Source of the DNA: Acidobacteriota bacterium
GTDB lineage: Bacteria > Acidobacteriota > Blastocatellia > RBC074
NCBI GenBank assembly: GCA_033763255.1
Contig: JANRKX010000067.1
Span: 33,957 to 97,956 of the forward strand
Direction: 5' to 3'
DNA length: 64,000 bases
Shown here: positions 48,969-58,398 of the stretch, piece by piece
How positions within the stretch are numbered: position 1 is the first letter of the stretch
Layout of the letters: the number at the start of each line of letters is the position of its first letter
Notes under the pieces: generated by a model
Told to the model about the DNA's origin: nothing
Database searches by the model: none
Seen by the model: the letters and a program-made list of their open reading frames with translations, nothing else
Translations under genes and position numbers: made by a program

Positions 48969-50009
48969 TCAAAATTCAGTGATTACGATCACGCCTGCAA
49001 CTTCAAACTTGTTCATATTCACGAGCGCATCAATGGATTGTTCAAGCGTGATCGTTCGCCCTATCAACTTTTCAGGTTTCAAATTTCCACTTTCGATCAT
49101 TGCCAATAAGGCGTCGTAACGATGGGCCTGCATACCGTGACTGCCAATGATTTCCAACTCGTGCGCGATGACTTTGCTCATCGGAATGGCGGGCGTGCTT
49201 TGCTCCGCCAGGAGCAGACCGACTTGAATGTGTTTGCCGCGCTTTCGCAGATTGCTGATGGAATTGAAACAGGTCGTCGGATGGCCAAGCGCATCTAACG
49301 AAACGTGAGCGCCGCCTTTGGTAATTTCGATGACGGCTTCGGCGACATTGGCGACTTGCGCCGCGTTCACCGCGGCGACCGCGCCCAAATCCTTCGCCAG
49401 CCGCAGCGCGTCTTCGGAAATATCAATCGCCACGACGTTCGCGCCGATTGCGTTGGCAATCATAATTGCCGACAAACCCACTCCGCCGCATCCGTGAACG
49501 GCTACCCATTGCCCGGCTGAAGTTTTTCCCTGATCCACGACCGCGCGAAACGAAGTCACAAACCGACAGCCCAAACTCGCCGCCGCCGGGAAATCCAGAG
49601 TGTCGGGCAAGCGCACCAGATTCGTGTCGGCTTGATGAATGGAAACGTATTCCGCAAACGATCCCCAATGCGTGAATCCGGGTTGAAACTGGCGATCGCA
49701 AACCTGCTGATTCCCCGAATCGCATTGCGGACAAGCTCCACAGCCGCCGACAAAAGGCACCGTCACTCGATCTCCGCTCTTCCACCTGGTCACATCCTTG
49801 CCGACCGCCGCGACCACGCCCGCCAATTCATGACCGGGTACGTGCGGCGGTTGAATAACCGCATCGTGCCCCACCCAACCATGCCAGTCGCTGCGGCAAA
49901 CTCCCGTCGCCATGACTTTGACGACGACGCCATGCGCTTCCAGCGTTGGATCAGGAACTTCTTTCAGTTGTGGCGGTGCGTTAAAGGTTTCGTAAATGAC
50001 AGCTTTCAT
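48969..50009 (-). CDS. zinc-dependent alcohol dehydrogenase (MDR family)
   Basis: GVCRSDWH catalytic-zinc region; structural-zinc Cys cluster [10 protein letters not shown]; Rossmann [13 protein letters not shown]. Confidence 0.85.
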   Translation of the reverse strand: MKAVIYETFNAPPQLKEVPDPTLEAHGVVVKVMATGVCRSDWHGWVGHDAVIQPPHVPGHELAGVVAAVGKDVTRWKSGDRVTVPFVGGCGACPQCDSGNQQVCDRQFQPGFTHWGSFAEYVSIHQADTNLVRLPDTLDFPAAASLGCRFVTSFRAVVDQGKTSAGQWVAVHGCGGVGLSAIMIANAIGANVVAIDISEDALRLAKDLGAVAAVNAAQVANVAEAVIEITKGGAHVSLDALGHPTTCFNSISNLRKRGKHIQVGLLLAEQSTPAIPMSKVIAHELEIIGSHGMQAHRYDALLAMIESGNLKPEKLIGRTITLEQSIDALVNMNKFEVAGVIVITEF

Positions 50010-50172
50010 CGGCTTGGCTCCTTGAAAAAATGTGGTTAGCTACATTTTGAAAATGGCTTCAACGAAACATTGAACCGTTAGCTCCAGATCAACCAAATTA
50101 TAGCTGGAGCTTCGGCGGCGGCAGGCTTGGAATGGTTCTGGCGGCGATCTTTGCAACATTGGAGTTGGAAAA

Positions 50173-51072
50173 CTATTGCTGCATCTGTTTTTTTACGCCG
50201 ACCTCTGTCGAGCATCTGGCAACCGGTAAGTAAATGTCAGTCCGGTTAAGCCGCAATTCCGTATTCACGCTGGCGGAGTGGTAAATTTCTACGGCGGGCA
50301 GGCCGATCATCTGGTAGCCGGGAAGGGCGATGACGCGCGGGAAAATCGCAGCGTAAGCGGCAGGCAAGGTCTCAAACGAGCCTGCGTGCGTTGTGACAGC
50401 GAATTCGCCGCCCGCCAGTTGTTGATACCCAACCTTGCCGTCCGGCTCGAAAGGGTCAGGCACGACAAGCGCCGCGTCAAAGCGCAAGTGTTCTGCCTGC
50501 GTAGCAATCGGCGCGTCGTGGCCGATGCCCAGCCAGACGCGCGGCCCCGCGACGCGCTGCCGCACCGCCCATTGCTCCAAGTCATCAAACAGCGTGTTCG
50601 GCACCGCTTCGTAAGGGCCAATGTGCCGCAAGAACGCCAGATGCATCGAACGCAAACGCACGACTTTCGTAGCGGAAAGTTCAAATGCGGACGTGGCCTG
50701 TGACGAAGCCACCCGCGTTTGATGGTTGCGCTCAGACACATGCTGCCGAATCCATTGGCGGTATTCGCTCGGCGTTTTGCCGAAAACGCGCCGAAACGCG
50801 CGAATAAAGGTTTCGTGATTTTGAAAGCCGCAATCAAGCGCGATGTCCAGCAACCGCGCTTCGTGTAGCAGCAAACGAAACGCGCCCCGTTCGGCGCGCA
50901 ACCGCGTGACATAATGGTTAAGCGTTTCTCCGAGCACCGCTTTGAACGACCTATGGAAATGCGAGGGAGATAATTTGGCCTTCTGGCTGAGCGCCGCCAG
51001 ACTGAGATCGCCATCCAAATTGGCCTGAATGTACACCAGCACGGGCAATAACTTTTGCCAGTCTTCGTTCAT
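50173..51072 (-). CDS. AraC-family transcriptional regulator with GyrI-like effector-binding domain
   Basis: AraC HTH (LSPSHFHRSFKAVLGETLNHYVTRLRAERG) followed by a GyrI-like C-terminal half. Confidence 0.75.
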   Translation of the reverse strand: MNEDWQKLLPVLVYIQANLDGDLSLAALSQKAKLSPSHFHRSFKAVLGETLNHYVTRLRAERGAFRLLLHEARLLDIALDCGFQNHETFIRAFRRVFGKTPSEYRQWIRQHVSERNHQTRVASSQATSAFELSATKVVRLRSMHLAFLRHIGPYEAVPNTLFDDLEQWAVRQRVAGPRVWLGIGHDAPIATQAEHLRFDAALVVPDPFEPDGKVGYQQLAGGEFAVTTHAGSFETLPAAYAAIFPRVIALPGYQMIGLPAVEIYHSASVNTELRLNRTDIYLPVARCSTEVGVKKQMQQ

Positions 51073-51494
51073 TCTGCCGCTTCGACCGGCTGACGCATGC
51101 CATGCCGCCCCCCGAGATAACACGCCAACAACTTGGTCGCGTAACTCAATACGACCAGCCACAGAATCGCCTTCGCTACCTGTGCGTCCATAAGCAAGAG
51201 CAGGGTTCCGTCAAGCACCAGAAATACGCCGAACAGGGCCAACCCGGTTGGCAATGATCTGGCGACCCAGCGGCTGGCAGCATAGAAGATGGGAAAGCCT
51301 GCGAGAATTGATACCCACGGTCCAGAAGTTTGCGCGTGTTGTTCGTAGACTGAGATCGGCTGGCCGGGATTCAAGACATAACTGTAAACCGCCACCCAAA
51401 GCACAGACGCAATGATTTGCGCAATTTCAGCCAGCAACGCGCCTCCCACTGCCGCGCCCCAACGAATGCTCTGTACGTTCATTTTTGTGTTCAT
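51069..51494 (-). CDS. small integral membrane protein (hypothetical)
   Basis: Four predicted TM helices. Its stop overlaps the AraC start (ATGA), suggesting an operon. Confidence 0.5.
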   Translation of the reverse strand: MNTKMNVQSIRWGAAVGGALLAEIAQIIASVLWVAVYSYVLNPGQPISVYEQHAQTSGPWVSILAGFPIFYAASRWVARSLPTGLALFGVFLVLDGTLLLLMDAQVAKAILWLVVLSYATKLLACYLGGRHGMRQPVEAAE

Positions 51495-51553
51495 GCCAAA
51501 ACTTTACACGCTTTCATTGACCGTTGTCTTGACGAATCTTGCTGCGAGTCCAG

Positions 51554-51690
51554 GCAGTCGCACCAGATTCGTGTCGGCCCGATGAATGGAAACGTATTCC
51601 GCAAACGATCCCCAATGCGTGAAGCCGGGTTGAAACTGGCGATCGCAAACCTGCTGATTGCCAGAATCGCATTGCGGACAAGCTCCGGCT
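51554..51690 (-). pseudogene. internal fragment of a Zn-ADH paralogue (about 96% nt identity to 49613-49739)
   Basis: Direct nucleotide match. It translates to [44 protein letters not shown] with no start or flanking homology. Confidence 0.6.
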
Positions 51691-51693
51691 GCA

Positions 51694-52119
51694 TCAGGCT
51701 GAGAAGGTGGGCGTTTGCCCGCGCGCAACGAGACGGAAAAACACCGCCGATCCGATGGCTGCGACAATGCCCAGCACAGTCGTGATGCCAAAAATTTTGC
51801 CGGTCGTAAGCGACAACTCAATTCCTCTGGCCATTGCAATTCCGCCGATCACGAGACCAGTCGCGGCGCCCCAAATTGCGAAGCGCACCAGGGAAACCTC
51901 ATCGAAACTGCGACGACCTTCCGCAATCCGAAGCAGCGCGGAAAACACTACGCCGCCAATGAAGCCCGGAATCGCCATCGCCGTAAACCAGATGTCGAGT
52001 ATTTCCCCGTCCGGATCCACGAACGCTTCGATCAGCCCACCAAAACCCAGCCCCCAACCAACGACCCACAGCAAGATCATCAAGACCGTACCGCGGATGC
52101 CGCTCATCCATTTATTCAT
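51694..52119 (-). CDS. integral membrane protein (hypothetical)
   Basis: 141 aa, four hydrophobic helices, Gly-rich. Confidence 0.45.
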   Translation of the reverse strand: MNKWMSGIRGTVLMILLWVVGWGLGFGGLIEAFVDPDGEILDIWFTAMAIPGFIGGVVFSALLRIAEGRRSFDEVSLVRFAIWGAATGLVIGGIAMARGIELSLTTGKIFGITTVLGIVAAIGSAVFFRLVARGQTPTFSA

Positions 52120-52460
52120 AACTCCTCCTATAAACTGCCATTAGCAGTCGCCCTGCCTAGTGAATTTGATGTTGCGAACCACCGGATTGCTCTAAATCAG
52201 AACACGCAGAATTCAGACCTTCTTTTTCGACAGGATGAAGAAAATTTTCGGCAGGACTTACAGGTTCTTTATCTTCCCCAAAGAGCCTGATCAGGTCTGA
52301 ATCCCGTTCATCTTGAAAACAATCCTGGCAATCCTGTTTCAAAGTTTTTGCTCTGATTTAGATATCTTAGGCGGAAAAGTATGACGCAAATGTGTCAAGT
52401 TTTTGAACGTGATGCAAATGTCTCAAGTCTTTGAATCAAGATTCCAAACCTGCTCCAAAC

Positions 52461-52592
52461 AAACGCTTCATCACGCTGGAACGCTCGGCCCGCGTCCCGA
52501 TGCTGGAAGAACCCGGAATGTTTTTGCTGACGCTGATTCAGGAAGTGCTGCCGCTAACGGAAGGCCGCGCCGCGTATACGCCGATGCGTTAA
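52461..52592 (+). pseudogene. 3'-terminal remnant of an alpha/beta-hydrolase-like gene (copy A)
   Basis: Translates to [43 protein letters not shown]. No upstream ORF. About 88% identical to 60715-60846. Confidence 0.45.
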
Positions 52593-52689
52593 TCAGAGTT
52601 CAGATGGAGCGCATACCAGCCGCTGTTCGCGCCGGTGTGCGCTCCATCCGACACCTGACTTTATTCGACAGGGTGAGCAAGATTTTCAG

Positions 52690-54075
52690 CTACGGCCTGT
52701 TGCCTTCGCACGAGAAGACCGTTCGGGACGTAAACAGTTCTTTCATCAATGCCTCCTGATTCGGTGGCAAGGCGCCGCCGGGAGCGCCAAACCAGCGTTG
52801 CACCGCCCAGGCGAAATCTTCCGCAGGCGCGCCGCCACGAAAAATACTCTGAATCCGCTGACTCAATTTGTATCTTTGGTCAATTGCGTGAGCGAATTCA
52901 TGGATGACCTGGTCATAGGTTCTCAGCGTGTAATCGGCCTTGTCCGGATAATCCTCGTTGACGGTCTTGACGCCCGCTTTGCAGATCATCTGCTCGCTAA
53001 TCCAAAGCAGGTTGCCGTTGGCTCCTCCACGCAGTAGGTTTCTACTGTTAGGTCCCGTTCCATCCTGCCCGAAAACTTTCAGTACCTCCATCTTGTCCAA
53101 CTGACTTCCGGGTTCTCCGTTTGTCATATAAACCCTGAAGCCATCAAACGTGCTGCGGGGATATGCCGGGCCGAATCGCCTGGTGATTTCAGCATAAACA
53201 TTGGCCACGGTATTCATCGCCGACTGGCTGACTCGGCTGGTTGCCCTGATTGTAATTTTGGGATCCAACATCTCCATACACTGCGTCCACTCCGCGTCTC
53301 CCTGACATTGCTTCACATTCGCTTTCTTCGTGACGCTGATACTCGGACTAAGATTCCCGTCGTGCGCCCACAATATCTCGCCGGTAGGGGAAACCAACTG
53401 AAGTGCCCCGCTAAACGTCAGGTTCAGTTTCGCGTTGGCGGCAGGGTTTCCTGTAGATGTCCAAATCACTTTTCCTTTCGCGTCATAGGCGGCGAGCCTG
53501 CCTTCCGATGTCATTTCGACGCGAGCCGACTGGGCAAAATTGTTTGAGACCTGATTCAGTCCCCAAACAAACCCTTCATTTTTGGTTGCGACCACCAGAT
53601 TGCCGTCGTTCGCAAAAATGAGGAAGTGATTGCCCGATGGCGAAGTATATTTCTGGCCTCGCTTCAGGCTTGTTCCGGCAGCGATGGGAAAGTTTGTCGC
53701 CACATTGCCAGATGGCTTGCCGGCAGTTTGCGATGGTGGTGCGCTGACAGTCGTCACGGGCTTGGAAGAATTGATCACAATTTCTTGTAGCAGTTTGTTG
53801 GAGCCAACTTCACGAACGCGAAAGGCGTGGCCGTTATATGAGATGCCCTCAAAGGTCTCACCAGGCGCAACTTCCTGATCCGATTTCCCTTCTTTACACT
53901 CATAGTCAACCCAATTGACGGTAAAAGGCTTGTCCGTTTTATTGATGACCTTGATCGCTACTTCTTTGTCATCCACTTGTTTAGAACAGGCATTCTGCGC
54001 TGAGACACTAAAAGTTGAGGCCAGCATCAGCCCCAACAACAGCATCAATGACGTTAATGACGTTTGCTTTTTCAT
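52690..54075 (-). CDS. secreted protein with bulb-lectin-like region and HExxH zinc-metalloprotease motif
   Basis: Signal peptide; GNLV / IW..G lectin-like segments; VIHEFAHAID motif; AT-richer than the flanks. Confidence 0.5.
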   Translation of the reverse strand: MKKQTSLTSLMLLLGLMLASTFSVSAQNACSKQVDDKEVAIKVINKTDKPFTVNWVDYECKEGKSDQEVAPGETFEGISYNGHAFRVREVGSNKLLQEIVINSSKPVTTVSAPPSQTAGKPSGNVATNFPIAAGTSLKRGQKYTSPSGNHFLIFANDGNLVVATKNEGFVWGLNQVSNNFAQSARVEMTSEGRLAAYDAKGKVIWTSTGNPAANAKLNLTFSGALQLVSPTGEILWAHDGNLSPSISVTKKANVKQCQGDAEWTQCMEMLDPKITIRATSRVSQSAMNTVANVYAEITRRFGPAYPRSTFDGFRVYMTNGEPGSQLDKMEVLKVFGQDGTGPNSRNLLRGGANGNLLWISEQMICKAGVKTVNEDYPDKADYTLRTYDQVIHEFAHAIDQRYKLSQRIQSIFRGGAPAEDFAWAVQRWFGAPGGALPPNQEALMKELFTSRTVFSCEGNRP

Positions 54076-54220
54076 CGGTTTATTCCTTTTCTCCAATACT
54101 GGGTGTGAGCATCTATTCGACAAAGGAGACTTCTGACCTGAATCAAAAGTCTCCTTTGTTACGGAACAGGCAAGTTCTGTTTTAACTGCAATTGTTTTTG
54201 TCTATTACCAGCCGTGGCTG

Positions 54221-54745
54221 TTATTTCACGACAAACGAGAAGGTTGCGATGTATTTGTTGCCACGCTTAAAGTCGAACGTCACATCCGTTCCTCCGCCCT
54301 GCGCGGGCTGCGTGCGGATGTCATAGGTATCCCCCCGCATAAGCGGCTGGTTCTTTGTCCCAACTCCTCTGACAACGGTGGACTTGTTCAACAGTATATT
54401 TTGGAGGGCAGGTGTATTGGCCGCCCAATAAAAGAAGCCTTGAGCGTTATTGTTACCAGGTTGCGTGAGCATCATCATGGTGTACTTCTGTCCCTTGACG
54501 AGACCTAAGTCTTTATTGCTGTCGTTATTGGGCGTATACAAAGTTGTTTCAACCCTGTCTCCATTCTTGGGGACAATCGCCTTGAAATTAGCGTCGCCCG
54601 GCTTGTTGACACCGAAAATCTTGCCGTTACCTACTACTGGACTGACCTTTTGTGTGGCGGCTTCAGCAGAAATCGGAAGCCCAATCTTAGAGGTTGCACA
54701 AAAAGCGAGCGCGATGATGGAAAGAGCGAAAAAAAGTGGTTTCAT
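54221..54745 (-). CDS. small secreted protein (hypothetical)
   Basis: RBS aaggag; signal peptide MKPLFFALSIIALAFCATS; 175 aa. Confidence 0.45.
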   Translation of the reverse strand: MKPLFFALSIIALAFCATSKIGLPISAEAATQKVSPVVGNGKIFGVNKPGDANFKAIVPKNGDRVETTLYTPNNDSNKDLGLVKGQKYTMMMLTQPGNNNAQGFFYWAANTPALQNILLNKSTVVRGVGTKNQPLMRGDTYDIRTQPAQGGGTDVTFDFKRGNKYIATFSFVVK

Positions 54746-55101
54746 AATCTTTTGAATCTCCTTGTTGTTTTGGTTGTGAATGGGGGAGGGCACACGATAA
54801 AGACTTGCCATCATTCCCGATAAGAACCGATGAAGTTCGTTCATTGGCTCTTCGCATTCCGCACTGAAAATTACTGATTTGTTTCGTTGAAGCAGCTTGT
54901 TTTTGCCGCCTGAGCAAGACTTTCTTGCTCTACTAGGTAAGGGGAAAAAAGTCGGCAAAAGTGTTAACTGACTGAAAATTTTTTTGGGGACTGAGAATTT
55001 TCCGATTTTGCGGCATTGTGTTAGCTTTCAAACTACTGGCAGATGTTTGGCAGCCAATTGGCTCCTGCCAAGCATCTCATCACAACAATCTGACGGAACT
55101 T

Positions 55102-55668
55102 ATGACACCCCCAACGATCACCCAATTACTGGTGGCCTGGAATCAGGGAGACCAGAGCGCCCTGGAACAACTGACGCCGCTGGTTTACCGCGAATTGCAC
55201 CGGCTGGCGCACAACCATCTGGCGGGCGAACGGCAAGGCCACCTTCTGCAAACGACGGCGCTGGTCAACGAAGCCTTCGTGCGGCTGATTGAGTGGAAGC
55301 AGGTCGAATGGCAAGACCGAGCGCATTTCTTTGGCATATCTGCGACCTTAATGCGCCACATTCTGGTGCAATTTGCCCGCGAACAGCAGGCAGCTAAACG
55401 CGGCGGCGGGCAGGCCATTCAAGTCTCGTTGTCGGAAGCCGCCAATGTCGGCGCTCCGCAAAATCTGGACTTGGTGGCATTGGACGATGCGCTGAAGGCG
55501 CTGGAACAACTCAACGCGCGCCAATCCCGAATCATCGAATTGCGATTCTTCGGCGGACTGAGCCTGGAAGAAATTGCCGAAGTGATAAAGGTTTCTGTCG
55601 GCACGGTGCGCCGCGATTGGCGTATGGCTCAGGCATGGTTGCAACTTCAATTGAGCGCCACCCAATGA
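55102..55668 (+). CDS. ECF-type sigma-70 factor of the kinase-associated class (TIGR02999/ECF43-like)
   Basis: MTPPTITQLLVAWNQGDQSALEQL...; paralogous to 16156-16725; 10 nt upstream of a kinase gene. Confidence 0.85.
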   Translation: MTPPTITQLLVAWNQGDQSALEQLTPLVYRELHRLAHNHLAGERQGHLLQTTALVNEAFVRLIEWKQVEWQDRAHFFGISATLMRHILVQFAREQQAAKRGGGQAIQVSLSEAANVGAPQNLDLVALDDALKALEQLNARQSRIIELRFFGGLSLEEIAEVIKVSVGTVRRDWRMAQAWLQLQLSATQ

Positions 55669-55678
55669 CCCCTGCCAA

Positions 55679-58366
55679 ATGACTCCCGAACGCTATGAAC
55701 AAATCGGCGAACTTTTCGATCAGGCGCTGGAACTGGCGCCTGCCGAACAACGCGCCTTTTTGCTCGGAGCTTGTGGAGAGGATAACGAGTTGCGCGATGT
55801 GGTCGAGAAGATGTTGGCGCAGCATCGCGCTGACGACGAATTTTTAGCACAACCAGCCCTGAACGTTGCCGCAACGCTGCTGGCGCAGCATCCAGATGCT
55901 TCGCTGGCTCAGATTTCGCTGTCTGGGAAAATCATCAGCCGCTACAAAATCATTGAGCAACTTGGCGCGGGCGGCATGGGCGAAGTCTGGTTGGCTGAAG
56001 ATGCCCAACTGAATCGCAAAGTCGCGCTCAAACTATTGCCCGACAGATTCGCTGATGTGCCTGAGCATTCACGTCGCTTTGAAATAGAAGCCAAAGCTGC
56101 CAGCGCCACCAACCATCCGAACATTGTCACCATTCACGAAATTGGAGAGTCGGACGGAACCTGGTACATCGCACAGGAATACGTCGAAGGTGAAACGCTT
56201 CGCAGCCGTATCAGTCAGGGGCCTATTACGCTGCTCGAAGCTCTGGATATTGCTTATCAAATCGCCAACGCGCTGGCCGCAGCCCACGCCGCAGGCGTCC
56301 TCCACCGCGACATCAAACCGGAAAACGTCATGGTACGGCACGATGGATTCGTGAAGGTGCTGGATTTTGGTTTGGCGCGAATTCAGCCGGTCGAAACGGA
56401 TTCCGACAGCTTTTTTGAAGCCAAGACAATTTCAAAAAACACTGCGCCGGGCGTAATTCTGGGCACAGTCAGTTACATGTCGCCCGAACAAACACGCGGC
56501 GAGAAACTGGATGCGCGCAGCGATCAATGGAGTCTGGGCGTGGTGCTTTACGAAATGCTGACAGGCCGTCGCCCTTTTCCCGGCAATAGCATGCCGGAAG
56601 TTTTCGCCGCCATTCTGGAACGTCAGCCAGCGCCACTGACCGAATCCCTGACGAACTTGCCCGCGCAGTTGAAACAAATCCTCGACAAACTGCTGGCCAA
56701 AAACCGGGAACAGCGTTACTCGTCATCCGCTGAATTTGCCGCTGAGCTAAAACAAGTTCAACGCCGTTTGGAACTCGACGCCGAACGTGATTCCGGTGCT
56801 GCTTGGCAAGTTGGGCAGGATAATGCGCTTGCATCAACGTCGTTCCGTTCATCATCAAGTTGGGCTGGCGTATTTCAGCAGGCGCAGAAACGCAAAGTCC
56901 TTTCCGCCATCATCGCGCTGGTTCTCCTCGTACTCGTATCGTCTGCCGCATATCTATTTCTTCGCGCTCCAGCCGGCAACGGGGCAATTGATTCGATAGC
57001 GGTTCTTCCCTTCCAGAATCTGAGCGGGAACAAAGACCTGACCTATCTTTCTGACGGCCTTAGCCAGAGCTTGATTGACCGGCTTTCAGAATTGCCGCAA
57101 CTGAAGGTGATCTCGCGCAATTCAAGCTTTAAGTTTCGGGATGAAAATATTGATGTGCGAAGCGTAGCTTCTCAGTTGGGTGTGCGGGCAATTTTAACCG
57201 GCAGCGTCACACAGGTTGGCGAAGAGCTTGTAATCAGATTTGACCTGACTGATGCCGCAGATGACCGGCAAATCGCCGGAGCGGATTACCGGCGGAAACT
57301 TGGCAATATCGTAGGCGTTCAGCATGAAATCGCGCAGGCGGCTTCTGAAAAACTGCGATTGAAACTGACTGATTCTCAATCCCAGCGATTTGAGAAGAAC
57401 GGCACGGAGAATTCCGAGGCATATCGTTATTACCTCAACGGGCTGGTTGAACTGAATGGCCCGCAAGACGTTCGCGGCAAAGCTCTGGAGTATTTTGAAC
57501 AGGCCGTCTCGCTTGACCCGGATTTTGCCGCAGCCCATGCCGAAATCGGGTGGATTTACCTGGCTCGGGCGAACGGCAGCGGCAACCCGCGTGAGCTGAT
57601 GCCAAGTGCGAAGGAGACGATAGAGCGCGCCTTGGCAATTGACCCTAACCTTGCGAAAACTCATGTCCTGCTGGCCATGACGAAGGAATATGAATTCGAC
57701 TGGACGGGCGCAGAGAGAGAATACTTGCGGGCAATTGACCTCAGCCCCAACCTGGATTTTGCGCGCAATAACTATGCGTTCTTTCTTTCGGTAATTGGGC
57801 GCCAAAACGATGCGTTGCTCGCACTCGAACAGCAGAGAATTCGTGATCCGATCAACCAGCGTTTGGCGCTGCTCCAGAAAGGGATGATCCTTGCACAGGC
57901 AAGAAAGTTTGACGAAGCGCTTCGCACGCTTCAGGAAGCTCAGGCTGTGGAACCGGCCAATGAAGTGCCGCCGTTTTTTTTGGGATATGTCTACGCCGGA
58001 AAGGGTTTGTATAACGAAGCCGCCGGGTACTTACGGAAGTCAGTCGCCCTGCTCGGTGGGGAAAAGAAATACAGCCAACCGCTTGTCTACCTGGCGGCGA
58101 CTTATGCTCAAATGCCGGAAAACCGAAACGAGTCCCGCGCTCTTCTGACGCGGATCGAAGCAATGAGTGGATACAATTCCCCGGCCCTGTTGGCTGCTGT
58201 TTATTCGGCGCTCGGCAATAACGACAAGGCAATGGAATTGCTGGAGCAAGCGTACATTAACCGCGATCTATTGCTGCGCTATGTGGGAACCGGTTACGAA
58301 TATGACGGACTTCGCGCTGATCCGCGATTCAAAGCGATGTTGAAACGTCTGAATCTGCCGGGATAG
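55679..58366 (+). CDS. Ser/Thr protein kinase with N-terminal sigma-partner extension, TM helix, TolB-N-like region and TPR repeats
   Basis: N-extension MTPERYEQIGELFDQALELAPAEQRAFLLGACGEDNELRDVVEKML; kinase motifs; IAVLPFQNLSG; C-terminal TPRs. Confidence 0.85.
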   Translation: MTPERYEQIGELFDQALELAPAEQRAFLLGACGEDNELRDVVEKMLAQHRADDEFLAQPALNVAATLLAQHPDASLAQISLSGKIISRYKIIEQLGAGGMGEVWLAEDAQLNRKVALKLLPDRFADVPEHSRRFEIEAKAASATNHPNIVTIHEIGESDGTWYIAQEYVEGETLRSRISQGPITLLEALDIAYQIANALAAAHAAGVLHRDIKPENVMVRHDGFVKVLDFGLARIQPVETDSDSFFEAKTISKNTAPGVILGTVSYMSPEQTRGEKLDARSDQWSLGVVLYEMLTGRRPFPGNSMPEVFAAILERQPAPLTESLTNLPAQLKQILDKLLAKNREQRYSSSAEFAAELKQVQRRLELDAERDSGAAWQVGQDNALASTSFRSSSSWAGVFQQAQKRKVLSAIIALVLLVLVSSAAYLFLRAPAGNGAIDSIAVLPFQNLSGNKDLTYLSDGLSQSLIDRLSELPQLKVISRNSSFKFRDENIDVRSVASQLGVRAILTGSVTQVGEELVIRFDLTDAADDRQIAGADYRRKLGNIVGVQHEIAQAASEKLRLKLTDSQSQRFEKNGTENSEAYRYYLNGLVELNGPQDVRGKALEYFEQAVSLDPDFAAAHAEIGWIYLARANGSGNPRELMPSAKETIERALAIDPNLAKTHVLLAMTKEYEFDWTGAEREYLRAIDLSPNLDFARNNYAFFLSVIGRQNDALLALEQQRIRDPINQRLALLQKGMILAQARKFDEALRTLQEAQAVEPANEVPPFFLGYVYAGKGLYNEAAGYLRKSVALLGGEKKYSQPLVYLAATYAQMPENRNESRALLTRIEAMSGYNSPALLAAVYSALGNNDKAMELLEQAYINRDLLLRYVGTGYEYDGLRADPRFKAMLKRLNLPG

Positions 58367-58398
58367 AAAATAGAATTTATTCGATTTGCGGAGTTGGT

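Noticed and set aside
51504-51839. 111-aa minus-strand ORF
   Set aside because: It is produced by the orphan ADH fragment, so it is a pseudogene fragment and not a gene.
52403-52759. 118-aa plus-strand ORF
   Set aside because: It is an out-of-frame read across the hydrolase-tail remnant, with no RBS and low-complexity translation.
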